Positions 12,355 to 25,600 of a DNA stretch of 64,000 nt are shown one piece after another (position 1 is the stretch's first letter; every line of letters begins with the position of its first letter). Position numbers and translations under genes: made by a program. This DNA is from Ramazzottius varieornatus (Eukaryota > Animalia > Tardigrada), in contig BDGG01000003.1 of assembly GCA_001949185.1 (NCBI GenBank), forward strand, positions 5,338,079 to 5,402,078, read 5' to 3'. A model generated the notes under the pieces. It worked only from the letters and a program-made list of their open reading frames with translations, had not been told where the DNA came from and made no database searches.

Positions 12355-14285
12355 GCCTTGCTCTCCACCGTTAGATGGAAGAGGGATGCGCACCAGAGCA
12401 CGAAGAATCTCTTCAAGAAAGTAATGCGGCGCCGTGATATCCTGACATCTTAATTCACTTCCCAGCAAGGCTAAAGCAAAATCTTGGTTCTTGGGACGGT
12501 GCTGAGTTCCTAACGTTAGAATGACCTGTTGCTTTGTAACCACACTGGGCTGATTTTGCTGTAACTGAAAGCACTAAAACGTTATCAATTCGTACAATTG
12601 ATATACCGCAGAAGAATCTTGTGACAGCTAAGAAAGCATCACACTAAAAAATGTAAACACCGGATAGCAAAAAATAATCATTCGCCCAAATATCGAAGTG
12701 GACTGTTTCCTAGCTGCAGATACCACTGCTCAACCAAAGCTCCCGCTTGGAAGGCAACGTGCACATGGCATCGACGTTCACCTCCACTGGTCTAAATTCT
12801 TGCCCGCTCTCGCGGCGTTCTCCCCTGTATGTCTTGGTGAAAGGTCGTCAAGGGCTTCCCTGACGTCGAGAGTGTAATCCAGATCCTATAGAGTATCTTG
12901 CAGTTCTCCAGGTAACCGGAACGCTGGTGAGAGACCTAGATAAAGTCGAACGGGCATCGCTTGGCTTTGAACGGCCAAAGTAAGTCAGTACAAGAAGAAA
13001 AGGACAGAGAAACAACATCCCCCTGCAAGTCTTGTCCGTGATAAGACCACCGAAGTCCTGTTCGAGAATACAGTAAAAAGGACGCGAAAGTGATAGTTCT
13101 ACCGCCTGGAAAACAATATAGTGTCCAACGATGGGTAAATTAACATGAAAAGGGAACGCCTTTTTTAGGGCGTACAGTCAATCAGCACCGGCCGATGGGG
13201 AAAGAGGGATACATTTAGTCGTCGGTTTCCAGCAAGATACAGATTTTTTGTGGCGAGGGTATGGGTCTCTGTTGTCTCTCTTTGAGGTACTGTATTCCTC
13301 CAGTAATCTCCGTACGTTACTAAAGCCATTTCTACCACAACGTACTGATAAGGTCGCGGTGTGCGCCCACGGTGGCGAAGCTGTGTCGTCATCGGACTTA
13401 CTCAAGCGCGCGTGCAATTAATCGTTCTATAGGTGAGGTTTGCTTTGAACGAGCAATCAGCTGATCGCAAAATCATGCACTAAATGATGTCATACACTGA
13501 CATGGATCAGTGTCTGAGTGCCACGCTCATTCCCTAACAGAATTACTGGCTGCACCATACGGAGAGAATACAGTACGTAAAGTCCGTGCTTTTTCATTTG
13601 TCAAAGTGTTAAGGTGTCTAATACATAAGTTGGGCGTAAAGGACTGACAAAAACCGTACACTCCATGCATGGTCTGCGATCAAAAGCGTTTCTTATCGGA
13701 CGCAGCAGCTCACTGCTGTTTCAGCTACTTTCAACTCAATCGGAGCCCACAGCTCACTGTATTTACCAGCATAAGATGAAGCTAGCAGTGAAGGTTCAGC
13801 GAATTCCAAATATGACGGACTTTACCGCATTGTGGAACCGGGGACTGATGACGTTGTAGAGGAATGGGTTCACGGCTGCCGACAAGTAGATCATACTCTT
13901 GGCAAACAGAAGGAACTAGAGATCGAGCCATTGCTCTAAAGCAACCATGTTGTAGATTAGCAAACCGCGGAAGGGAAGCCAGGTGACTGCAAAGAGCACG
14001 ACCGTCACCACCAGCAAACGTAGACCCTAAAATTACAGCATCTGGTCAAAGCTGATTGGTAAGCAAATCCTTTCGAGTGCTTGTGGTGGGATCTATATCC
14101 GTAAACCCGGTCAAAAGTAAACCACAGAAAACTGGTGAAGTCTTTCTGAATAATCTTAAACCAAGATTCGTTCACCAGATTTCTAACACCGGTTCGGCCT
14201 CAAGAACCTGGTGGCTCAATGGCTGACTTGGCTCATGGAATTGCGTAACAGTACTGGAGGTGGGTTTATTAACAATTTTTCACAC

Positions 14286-14800
14286 AAGGATTACGCCTAC
14301 CGTTAAATCCTGACGCTCAAATCGACATCGCAGGAAGACAGAGGAGAGTTTCCTCTGTAGACTGAGCCGTGATCTAGTCAAAAGAAAAGTCCTGGATACT
14401 GCGGGATTCGGAATTTACGACTCCCAGTCGCTACATTGAAGTCAGGCTCTTTGATTGAGATTTTAAGGCTCTTTGATTGAAAATTGCTTGGCCAATCAGC
14501 TGTTTTTTAGATTGGAACTGGACGGCGCGCTATCATGGACTAATAATGTGTTCTGGTACACCGTTCTGTACCACAGCGACAAAACAGCTGATCGGCTGAA
14601 CAATTTTGGGCTCAATCAAAACCACGATCAAAGAGCCTTACGTTACTGCGGCGACTGGGAGTCGTAAAGTACGAATCCCGCAGTATCATCCACCAGTTTC
14701 TTTTGAATAGGTCTACGGCTCAATCTGTAAAGGAAACTCTCCTCTACCTTCCTGCGACGTGTATCTGAGCGTCAGGGTCTAACGGCTGGCGTCATCCCCT
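14286..14800. mobile_element. MITE with long (~150 bp) terminal inverted repeats, in a GPCR intron
   Basis: 14286-14431 is the imperfect reverse complement of 14651-14800 (e.g. GATACTGCGGGATTCG...TTTACGACTCCCAGTCGC vs GCGACTGGGAGTCGTAAA...CGAATCCCGCAGTATC). Confidence 0.8.
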
Positions 14801-15401
14801 CATCAGCACAATTAATCTCGAAGAAAGCCCAGCCTAAGCGTGAAACTAACGTCGAATATATGTTGAACCACCAGTGGCACTTTTTGACTTTTGGTCGGGA
14901 ACAAAGTCGGTAAATCATTTCCGGCAGGTGAAATCTCTGGACACTTTTCACAGCCTAACACCTGTAAGTTAGGGGCTCGCGCCGTTTCATCTCGAGGAAG
15001 CCTGGTGGTCCTTTTTGATGGGGGAAGGTGTTGTGTCGGAGCCGTAAGGCCTTCCTCTTGGTTCTCAGAAGGAACGCTGGCACGAAGGATTTTAAATTGT
15101 CGATGTTCGTACGTCATCATTAAGGCAAAGTCCCGGGCATTTTTCTTCAAGACGTGGGCGATCTTATAGCAACCAATTACGCCGGCCAGTAGGGGTAGAA
15201 GATAGAAAAAGAGAAGATCGCTAATAAACAGCTAAAGATCGTCAAGTACAGTCCGTGGGAGAGGTGCAGCTCGCATTGATCCAATTGAGGATGAAGCTCG
15301 TGCTTTTGAAGAGCCGTTAATCCCAGCCTAATAAAGAAAAGATGCATGATTCAGATTGCGACCATTAGCGTATTACATTTTCTCACGATCAAGCAACTAT
15401 A

Positions 15402-15882
15402 TTAATCCTCCTCACAACGAGCTGTTTATGTCGCAGACGGTTGATTTAAAATTTGAGTTTGCTTGATCAACGGAAATTAGTCGTGAGGCAAAACTGCGTT
15501 TTCCGAAAGTCTCGGAAACGTGAGCGAAGATGCGCGAGTTTTGCGGGGTAGGTCTGTAGGCTAACTTTGCCTCCTGACTAGGCTGAAATTCATGGTTTTC
15601 TCTCTGGCTAGTCTCTGTCTGTCGATATCCCCGACACTAATAGGTATCAAGAAGCCCATACGTGAAACGGTATCTCGCAACGTGAAGCACTGTGCAGACA
15701 GAGATCAGCTGAGAAACGAAAATTTGAAATTTTGAGTCAAGCGTGCAGAGAATAATCCGTTTTCGCTTTGAAGATAAGCTACTCGAGGGCTGCTTATCAG
15801 AGTCTTGAAAGCGAAACTTCGTAATCCACTTTCAAGATCAACACAATCAACGGAATTTTACGGCCTGTCGTGAGGAGGACTA
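15402..15882. mobile_element. Probable non-autonomous DNA transposon in a GPCR intron
   Basis: Short TIR TAATCCTCCTCACAAC vs GTCGTGAGGAGGACTA. TSD not clear. Confidence 0.45.
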
Positions 15883-18800
15883 TTGTATCAGGTGTTGATC
15901 TTATTGGAAGGCGGCGCTTTCGACTTGATGCGAAATACAATCTTGACCGGGGGTAGGCTTCCCAGAATCAAAGGAATTGTTTTGTCATTCTATTATGCAT
16001 GGGTCGCCGACTCGTCGCTCTGGTCAACAAAGGGTGCATTGTAGGCATACATCAGACATCTTGGGCGACTGAAATCTACGTGGCCGCATACCATGTTCTC
16101 CCGTCTTCAGACAACCTTAGGAATGGCTAGAGGCACATTGTACAAGCTTACCACGGACTGCAGTAGACAGAGGTGAATATCCAGCAGGCCGCTATGACCT
16201 TACGAGTTCGGTATATGTTGCAGATCTTTTGAGCCAACAGTGGCCGACAGGCTACCAAGTATCGCTCGATAGTAAAGGCCGCCAAACTGAAAATACAAAA
16301 CAGTGGCCCACGGCGGAAACTATTAGGCTTACAGATGACTCCGACTACCTCAAGCTGCCTGCGTTGATACCCAAAAAGTTGCAAAATATGAAGACAGCAC
16401 ATCCGACTTCGCCGAAAAGCCACTGATTTCCGAAATGCTGATATATCATTGCTTCTGGTACAGCGATAACTATGACAAGCAGGTCTGCCACGGCCAAAGA
16501 TACCTGCAAACACAACGGACCGTCAACAAGCACCCGCAATATACTCGGATGTTCACCTTACCAAATACGCATATGTCGACGTGTGGAGAACTTTCGACTT
16601 GTAGACGACAAAGATCAGCACAGTGTTTCCCACGAGACCCATGACAAAAACCAGACCGTGGATCAACGAAGATACTACACGGTAAAGAGTGTCCGTTTCG
16701 GCGTTATGGTGCTCTTCCAAGTTATTCCAAGTGTAGTTGTCCATTTGCTTGCAGGTCTCCTTGCTGCTTACGAAGCGCCTAGTGCTGACTAGAGTCATAA
16801 GCGGTCACAATTTTTTCTCGCAGCTCTCTGTCTACGCGAATGTTCTTTAAATCCCAAGCGTCTCCGGGAGATACACCTTCTAATCAGAGCGTCATCGAGA
16901 CCTCCCTGCAGGGATTCTTCGTGCAGCAAGATCTTCGTTTGAACGAGATAAATCGTCGTCAAATACGGCAGATCATTAACAAGTAGCTCAAGGGTGGCTA
17001 CTTATTCGGAAACTGGCGATTAAAATGGGAAAACATCACGATTTGACAGCTGGTTTATTGTATATGCAGAAGATGAGACGATCTTGCTGATGAAGGGCCT
17101 TCTTATCTCCTCTTCGAAGCAAGCAAAACAACGATCGATTTGCAGTGTCCAGTGTCTCAATTGCCCGATGCTTCTAACGTTTTAAAGGATTCGTCGCACC
17201 GGGAATTCTCCCGCCGTAATTAAACCCCGGGCTGAGATTCCCAAATCTTCAGCCATAAGTGTTCGCCAGCTGCCCACCTCTAGACGCACTGGCAGCTCCA
17301 GTTTTAAACCGCCTCGTGCCATTTTCTTCAGTTATTCTCCAGCTGTCTACTTCGAGGCTTACTGCCAGCCAGAGTTTTGACTGTTATTTGGAACCAGCAC
17401 GTCACCATCGGCAAGATCCACTCAAGAGAACGTCGCGTTCGACGTTCTCTTGTATGATTAAATCTGTTTGGAAAGACTGGGGCAGTTTCTCCCTTCTGCT
17501 TGTAATGCACTGTACAAAAATTTCACCTTTTCCGCCTCATTCAGTTTCGCGTCATGCAGGCGTAAGCAAAAGGGAGAAACTGCCCCAGCCTTTCTAAACG
17601 AATTTAATCATACAAAAGAACGTCGCGTTCGACGTTCTCCTGTATGACTGAATGACACATGAGTGGATCTTGCCGATGTTGTCGTGCTGGTTCCAAATAA
17701 CAGCCGAATCACCTCCTGCTGGAAGCAGGGATTGATAGCGTTGTAGAGGAATGGGTTCGTAGCTGCCGACAAGTAGGTCATAGTCTTGGCAAACAGAAGA
17801 AACCAGAGATCCAGCCATTGTTCTGAAGCAATCATGTTGTAGATTGGCAAAACGCAGAAGAGAAGCCAGGCGACGGCCAACAGCACCACAGTGACGACTA
17901 GCATCCGAAGATGCTAGAAACGAGAAAAGTATATATATGCCACTTTGTACGAACTACTGTGGCTTGGCCGAATCCTGATTAACTTTTAGTTGGCACCCGA
18001 CAACCCAATATCCACCAATGGTTACCAGCCGCACCTGAGACCTTGACGCTGCAGCGGAATCATGCCGTCGAATTCTACTGTGGGTTCCGGTTAGCGTGCC
18101 ATATCCTGGCGTTTGCTCGTATATAGGAAGGGACTATGTAGAGGTTCGCTTCGAAAGCCTGGGGTTGTTGCTGTAGGTTGATGGTTTTGAGTCTCAGTCT
18201 ATCCAGACAGAACTGTCCGCTAGCGACTGCGACTATGTTACTTGGTAAACTTTCGACAGACTCGACGTACAAAGCCAAACTATTCAGAGAACCAGAAAAT
18301 GCTACACCAATGAGTACTAAGAGGAAACAAACACTATCAATAGTTCTTCTAGGCCGCATACAGGCCTAAAAGCTCTATCACGTGAGGAACAGACGGCGCC
18401 TAAGCGCCATGTTGGTATTGAAATCTTCGGCGTTCTTTCGTAATACTCGAGCGATCTTGTAGCAGCACGTTACGGCTGCTGACAAGGGTAGAACGTGAAA
18501 GATAATTATTTCGCTGCTAAATATCGCCAAGTAGAGATCATTCGATAGGCGCTGCTCGCATCGATCCAGCTGGGGATGAGGCTCCCGTCTGCGCACAACC
18601 GTTAATCCCAGCCTACAAAACTAAGTGACTGGATTGGCTTTCGCCTAACCGAAGCTTTCAGGGTTGCACTTATTAGGCTCGGTATAACCTTTGGCCCCCG
18701 GCAGTTCCAGCAACCGACGGTCTATGACGACCACGATCAGAGAAACTAAGCCAATTAAGAATCGACTTTGGGAATTACCACATGCCCCACGTAAACACTA

Positions 18801-19556
18801 TGATTAGAAAAGGATAGGTTGGGAAGCTTCGAGGTGCGGTTTTGTCTAAACTTGACAATACGTTAGCGGGAGTAGATTAGACCAAGTTTCAAAGAGCGAA
18901 TTCACAATTTATTAATCCGTCATCGACAAATCGAACTGCGCTGTAGGAAACTCAAAAAATACCAAGATTTCAAACACATCGAAATTTGCACGGTCTTACT
19001 ATCTAGTGTTCCAGCTCCTGGTTGAACGTCAGCCTGTTTCCAAACATGACAGCTATCTGAATTCAGAAAGAACGAACAGAACCGTCGAAAGATGGCAAGA
19101 TGTAATACAGACGATGTCGGAAGAAAACATTCCACACAGGTAAATTTTCGCAGCTTAAACAATCAACAGTTAGTCGAATCAACCACGGGGCGAAACAGCG
19201 AGTTTGCGATACTCATCTAGCCCAAGCTAGCTGACTAGCTCATTAAATCTGGTGCGCCAAAAGTTCTTCGGTTTGATGTGATGTGGTGTTCCTAGACACC
19301 GAAACGGCAAACTCGGTGTGACTCGGACACCAATTTTTCGATTTGGTGTTTCAAGCACACCGAAACCAAAAAGAGTGGTTTTTTTCGGTGTGGTGTGGTG
19401 AAACCACACCATCCTCAGGTCTAGCAGTTAGGCTATGGGTAGAACATAACTGCGGTTCAGACTAATATCTGCCTGGTAAGATACTACGATGTGGAAATTC
19501 GCAAATTCGGAAATTCCCGACATACAGTGTGTGCTATTCGAAACTGCTGTAGAAAC

Positions 19557-19714
19557 TACTGTAGTGCTATCAGGTTATGGCGCACTCAACCACGTGAACA
19601 GTAAATGATGCCCAGGGGAAAAGTCACACGGACGACACTGAGTCATCTGATCGTACAGGGCACCGATGGCTTATCACGTGGTTGAGTGCGCGATAACTGG
19701 GTTGCACTACAGTA
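19557..19714. mobile_element. TA-flanked palindromic MITE
   Basis: TACTGTAGTGC...GCGCACTCAACCACGTGA vs TCACGTGGTTGAGTGCGC...GCACTACAGTA. Confidence 0.7.
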
Positions 19715-19926
19715 CTCTGTTCAGTTTTTTGAATAAATCGATTTTCAATGCGATACACTTTTGAAGTTCAAAAGCGAGCTAGTGTTGCATCTTACCTGAG
19801 ACTACCCGCATTCATTCCGAAAACATTCAAGACTATAAACAGAGCACAGCCCGTTTCTCCCAGCAGCCACTGATTGCCAAAGTTGTCAAACGCGATGGAT
19901 TCAGGCATGGCAGTGACGATTAGCAG

Positions 19927-20132
19927 CGGTGGTCGAGCTCGAAAATTCGAGAGGTCGGTAAATTTTTCGGGGCGCATGATAAGCCCTGTTTGGTCCGTGT
20001 TTAGGGGGCCCGAAACTTGGCCACGCCTCTGAGGGTGCGCTATCGGATCGAGTCAATGCAAACTAATCGCGCAGCTTGGTTTTCTGCCCCGAAAAATTTG
20101 CCGACCCCTCGAATTTTCGAGCTCGACCACTG
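19927..20132. mobile_element. hAT-like MITE inserted in GPCR exon 2
   Basis: About 45-bp TIRs (GTGGTCGAGCTCGAAAATTCGAG.../...CTCGAATTTTCGAGCTCGACCACTG). It splits SLAIADLLL|LIVTAMPE. Degenerate 8-bp flanks ATTAGCAG/GCCAGCAG. Confidence 0.8.
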
Positions 20133-22522
20133 GCCAGCAGCAAGTCCGCTATAGCCAGTGACCCCTGAAACATCCGAGATCCAACGCTCCAGGTGAAAGT
20201 TATCCGAATAATGCACGGTATGAATCAACATACGAGATAAGCGTAGATGGGTGCGTGCAGGGCTCAGGATTTGTAGACGACAAACCAAGACGAGATTTCC
20301 CACCAGGCCAATGAGAAAAATCAAGGTATGTACGGTGGTGGACACTGTTCGATAAATCCAGTCCGCGTCGCCATCCCGTTCTTCTGGTTCTGACCAGGTC
20401 GTATTGTTCTCTTCCGCTGAAGGAACATCTTCGCTATCGTCCATCCTGTCACTGCCCTTAGGCTACAAGTCTGAGTGAAGCATCCCGTCCCGGTCTCTCA
20501 GTTAGACGTTTTTACGGCTCGCAGCTGAAACACCGACCCCCATTGAAAATCCAAGTACTGAAAACGTTTGGTAGTCCTGCCGCAGGTCGGAACAGAGCGA
20601 GAATCAGAACAAATGCTGTCCTCCTAGGTAGTCACGAACTTTCTAGCTAGTTTCCGAGACGGAATCGTTCAGAAAAAAGAAGAGTTTCCGACAGTCGGCT
20701 GACTATTCTCTGAGTCTACTAATGCATTTGCGCACTGGAGCTCGAAAGCTGTGCGCATCTGCTCAAAGAGCAAATGCACCGCTGCTTCTATAGCGCGTAT
20801 ACACCGTTCGCGCACAGGCACCAGGCCAGTGCGCTTTGGCCGCATGGCTCGACTGTGATCAATTTCGTTGTTTCTCGCGAACATGCTATTCGAATTGTGT
20901 CATGTCTGGCACGGCATTTGTAATTGATGAATTTCGCTTTAGTTCTTGAGGATGTTGCCCAAATCTGTCTTTTGCCTGTTCTGCAATTGCTCTGAATCAT
21001 GACTGGGATTTTCTGGAGCTACGACGCCACTGGATTCTCGAAGTCAGTGTTGGGAGGAAAGGGACGGAGGGCCGGCGTCTCTACACTGGACTACTACGTT
21101 GAGCATGTTCGTTTTGGTTGGGTTCGGTTGCTACATAAAAGCGTTTGACTGTCCTCGATGAGCCAAACATCGTCGATGATTTCTTATCCAACTTTGTCTA
21201 TACTTCAGGTAATGCGCGGAACGAAACGGCGTCTACGCTGTGGAAGAAGGATGAACAACGTCGTCTCAGCTGACTTGTACTGCACATCAGTTTTGATTAG
21301 TGCGCTAACGTCCAACTGTTTTCTCTTCGCCTGGAATGTTCTGTGGTCGTGTTTTTAGATCCGCTGAGGTGCGAGTTTCAGGGAGTTACATGAGATGTCT
21401 GCTCTGTTCTTGTTTTCAGATGGAAGATCGTGGGTTTTTGTCGTTTTGTCAGTAAAACGTTCACTGAAAGCTTAAATACAGGTAAAGAATTAAAATTTCG
21501 TATAAACCAAGGCCCGAATTCGATTGGCGATGGCCACCTGGTTTTCGCTGGCACGCCTTTTCGAAAGCTTGTTTTGTCCTGTACTGTAGCACTGAAACAC
21601 TGATTCATAATCGGACCTGCGTTAGGTCTTGAACCATCCAACCGCAAACTGCGATGGTGGTAGGTATCGGGCCCGAAACCAGTCAAGTTTCAGGCTATTT
21701 TTTCATCGTTTTTATACCCTATGGATCAATCGGGGATTGTAAGACCGTAATTTCAGTTGACCACCGAGAAGAAACGCGAACGGAGGACCGAGAAGAGATG
21801 TATTTCCTCCATTGTGCCGTGCTTTTCCGAAAACAACAGCTCGCACTGGTGCCCGTTTCCAGGAACTGGGTGGCGGTTTTTGTATCTGTTACCGTTCGTC
21901 AGATAAACTTCACACTCCTTCGCTGCACGGGACATTGTCCTTCAGGTTGCGAGGTCGAATTGAAAGGTAGCTGGGCACGGTGTGATCACGTGGGATAGGG
22001 ATCTTGTTCCGTGGGCTTGGAAGCCATGGATGGCAGGGTCCTTCAGCGGGCTGATTGGTTCCCACAGGCTCCAGTGTTGCAGTCTGTGACTACCCATGAC
22101 TGAAGGGTTGACCCTGAACCCTGAGGGTCTTCTTTGCCTGCTCCCGCTGTTTCTTTCTTGAAAACTGCAATGGCTGGTCTTCTCTCCTTCTGCTTTGTGG
22201 TACTACTGTGTCCACCCGCAAAGCAGTGTCATTGTGAATGTCAGATGGGCTAACGATGGCGCATCCGCTCTCCGTAACAGACTGGAAGTGATGACGCGTC
22301 TTGGGCATTACGATGGATAGCGAGACGGAAAGCGTTTTAGACTTTACTGCTGGACGCCAGGAAAAACCTAACCGACAGCGGCACGCTTCAGGAGACCAGC
22401 ATGGCTCTCGTCGACAAAGTAATTCATTATTCCACTCAAGCAAACTTTCGCTATGAGCAGGTTGCACTCGGTCGAGGACATCAGGCTTATCAGCAACATC
22501 ATTAACAACAAGCACGATGAAC

Positions 22523-22767
22523 AGTACAGGAGGAGTAAGCATGTGTGACCCAGTAGTCTCAGACGGCGCATCCATAGAAAAGCATGAGACACTCGTAATT
22601 AAAATAAAGCCTATGACGTAACGAAAACTTGTTTGAATTACAGTGTTGTCTATCTTACATAAAAAGTGTTTCTGTTAACTTAATGCATACTTGATACATG
22701 TCACGCCGTCTGAGACTACTGGGTCACACATTTCCTCACTGGGTCACACATGCTTACTCCTCCTGTA
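22523..22767. repeat. Inverted repeat (~45 bp arms) downstream of the GT32 gene
   Basis: TACAGGAGGAGTAAGCATGTGTGACCCAGTAGTCTCAGACGGCG vs its complement at 22704-22767. The right arm has an internal duplication of CTGGGTCACACA. Confidence 0.7.
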
Positions 22768-22777
22768 ATACAGTAAT

Positions 22778-23869
22778 TTATTGGTTCACCTCATTGGTTT
22801 GTTGAAATGTTCTGGACAAATTGGCAAAGGGAAACGAGCTAGCCTCATCTCCTTCATCCTCCTCTTCTAGTATCCACCGGAAGAGGTCTCCTGCCGAAGA
22901 CTCCATCTGCAGCACATCAGTTTCGTTGAATTTTCTGTCATGGAAGTAAGTATGGAAGGCCGGCCTGTACGACCAGCCTCCCGTAGTTCTGCCATCCATG
23001 AAGGACGATATGTTGGCCCAGGGCGGATTATTGCAAACGTTATCAACCAAAGTGGCTGTCAGAGGATTGCCTTTTAGTATCTCCATTGCTTTGATGCCAC
23101 TGTTGTATACCCAACTATCTGGTCTGTAGTCCAAATCGTAAGATAGTTTTCTGACGAGCGCCGGATACTGCGCCTTTTCCTTGTGCAAACATCCGAAAAA
23201 ACCCGCGTTCACTTTGTAACCTTCTTTATCGTACGGACTTTCAGCGCAAATAATGCATGGTGCAGTGTTCAGAAGGCGTCTCACTTCCGTCCCGTTGATG
23301 ATGTAAACATCAAAGTCCAGCGTTAGTCCGCCATACTGGCGTAGAACCGAAAGCTTAGCCATGTCGGCCTCGTGATGGAGCCAACGTATTCGCCGACCCT
23401 GCATAACAAACCTTCGGGGAAAATACTTGAGATGTATAGCGGTCCAGTTGGTCACTAGTTCACTACAGGAATCCAGAGGCCAGTAGTCTATCACATTTGT
23501 GTGGATCATAACCTGGTCGGGTTTCAAGTTCTTCAGGACGGATCTCAGGCTGAGGCAGTCCAGATAGGACAAGTCATCATCTCTTGTTGGGCTCTGCGTG
23601 CGATAAAGTTTGAAATAATGGACCAGCAACTGAGTGTCACTGGTTGCAGCGGCTGTATCAAAGGTACTGTTGCTCGATGAGATGTTCTCGCCCATCGGTT
23701 TCTCACTAGGTATCGTTCTGTTGTACAGTTGGAGTACAAAACGCGGAATAGTTGAACAAGGGATGAAAGATATGGGCAAAGCAGCAGAGAAAAATATCAC
23801 TAGTAGAAGTGCACCGACATAGCACCGAAGTGTCCTGGGACTGAACGGCTGAGAATCCTGGATAGCCAT
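22778..23869 (-). CDS. Intronless GT32-family (alpha-1,4-glycosyltransferase-like, DXD sugar-binding) type II membrane protein
   Basis: 363-aa ORF with N-terminal signal anchor. Motifs LSLRSVLKNLKPDQVMIHT, HEADMAKLSVLRQYGGLTLDFDV (DXD) and YRPDSWVYNSG. Confidence 0.85.
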   Translation of the reverse strand: MAIQDSQPFSPRTLRCYVGALLLVIFFSAALPISFIPCSTIPRFVLQLYNRTIPSEKPMGENISSSNSTFDTAAATSDTQLLVHYFKLYRTQSPTRDDDLSYLDCLSLRSVLKNLKPDQVMIHTNVIDYWPLDSCSELVTNWTAIHLKYFPRRFVMQGRRIRWLHHEADMAKLSVLRQYGGLTLDFDVYIINGTEVRRLLNTAPCIICAESPYDKEGYKVNAGFFGCLHKEKAQYPALVRKLSYDLDYRPDSWVYNSGIKAMEILKGNPLTATLVDNVCNNPPWANISSFMDGRTTGGWSYRPAFHTYFHDRKFNETDVLQMESSAGDLFRWILEEEDEGDEASSFPFANLSRTFQQTNEVNQ

Positions 23870-25379
23870 CCGGCTTTATTGACAAAACATTCAGATTCTT
23901 CCTGTCAGTCATGGAAGGTAGATCGGAAAGGATGTAGTACGTGACCATGCCATCGGTATGAATGTCAATTTGTGGCTATACAACTGCGCTCAATACTCCA
24001 TGCAATCAGAGAAGCACCGGCAGGAAGGCTCTTACTGCAACTTCGGTTTGGCAAACGACACGCTTCTGCTCCAGGGCAGCAACTGTAACACTACATTGCC
24101 AGAGTCGACTGAGCCTTTTCATGCTTTGCGTTCTCTCACTTTAGAGCTCGAAACATGGATTATCGCACGAGTTACACTCGGTTGTACATTCGGTTGCCGA
24201 ATCTTTCGTTCTCTAGAGAAATTTACGGAATACCACCTACAAATGTTTATGGTCAAGTCAACAATGGCAACGGCAATCATGAAAGATCGACAATCAAAAG
24301 GTCCGACCGACGACAGCTGTTAACTTTAAAGCTACATGTGCTATTCGTCATTGCACGACCATCCGCACGACATCCGAAATCTACGCATGTTTCAATCTAG
24401 AGCTCGCTGACAAACGTTAATAGGAGGGGTATTGGTACCATCTGAATTGAACTGGAGAAGTCAGAGATGAGACAAATACCCCAACTGGGACCATCCCGGT
24501 CTGCAGACAGTCCAGACAATGTCCAGCGCCACCATCTCGGAACTCGGAGTATTGCGAGGCAATGGCGGCTGACCGTCTGCGTTCTAAACACTGCCCAAAC
24601 TTTATCAGCCAGGAACACTTCTTCGTTTAGCCTGTTAGCCTTTCCGAGAAAAAGTCACGTCCGTGTAGGGAATGGCTGATTATTATATTAATAAGATGCA
24701 GTTCTCATTGATACCAAACGAGGGATTGACCCATCCTGAATATCTTCAGAAGGGACGAAATCCGGGCTTAGTGTGATGCCAGCACTGAACGCAACCTCAC
24801 GATGCCCCGTTTAGACCGACGGTTTGAATGGTGTCCTGCCGAATTTGCAAAGCGGAAGGTGTTTTGGGGCTTAGTGTACCAACTCTGCAAAGTTTTAGTT
24901 GACTTGCAGTGGGCTTACGTGAAAAAAGATTGAGCATACTCGCATTAGACTCGACCAGTACACGCACGATCGGTAAATATGGGACAGTGGAAATCATGTG
25001 GCGATATCCCAGCTCGTAATTTCCATCTTCCTTTTCTATCTTTCTAAAAGGGCGGAAAGTTTTGCGGAGCTTCTATCTGTGGTGGAGCGTAGCGGCTCTA
25101 CCACGTGATGCCCTTGAGTATTGTGGGCAACCTGATGTCAAGAAGTGTACTTTGGAAGCGAAAAAGCTCGTACGCAAAGTCGGCCGCCGAAACTCATTTA
25201 TTACGTGCAGAAGTATCGGCACCAGCCAAACTGGATAATGATGCTGTGGATAACGGAGCGTAATAAACTGCGTGTGGTGATAAGCGGCAGCGTGAGCAAT
25301 TCGCGCAGATGAATGGAACTTGTAGCAGTTAAGCATGGTAGAACGTTTGAGCACGAAGGCCGGCTCTCTTACCTAACGT

Positions 25380-25600
25380 CAATGGTCGAGCTCGAAAATT
25401 CGAGGAGTCGGCAAGTTTGGGGCAGATGGCAATGCTCTGGTTGGGCCGTGTTTAGGAGGCCCGAAACTTGGCCATGCCTCTTGAGCACGCTATTTGATCG
25501 TGTCAGTGCGACCGTATGGCGCGTAAATTGGAAGAACAAGTGCCGAAACGCAAGCCAGCCGTACGAAAACTCAATATCCAAGTTTTACAAAACCTGACTC
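25380..25600. mobile_element. Second, degenerate copy of the 19927-20132 MITE
   Basis: Shares TGGTCGAGCTCGAAAATTCGAG and GGCCCGAAACTTGGCCA segments with 19927-20132. Right TIR decayed. Confidence 0.65.

Larger units (their letters stand above)
13796..16798 (-). pseudogene. TRH-receptor-like (rhodopsin class) GPCR, copy 1, disrupted
   Basis: Exons encode GLVGNTVLIFVV, VSLAVADLL, FTIERYLVACRPL, YCSPW, WLPFRGLL and NPFLYN. Lesions: about 8-nt frameshifting insertion near 15224-15231, and TGG>TAG at 13916-13918 (paralog reads WLDLWF). Confidence 0.8.
17608..20444 (-). pseudogene. TRH-receptor-like GPCR, copy 2, disrupted
   Basis: Paralog of copy 1 (IGLVGNLVL, FGNQWLLGETGC, WLDLWFLLFAKTMTYLSAATNPFLYN). 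Frameshift and TGA in exon 1 (~20260-20290), MITE inside exon 2, and no ERY/TM4 exon found between 19795 and 18613. Confidence 0.8.

Noticed and set aside
12600-13420. Possible decayed gene between the receptor gene and GPCR copy 1
   Set aside because: No recognisable motif or consistent exon structure.
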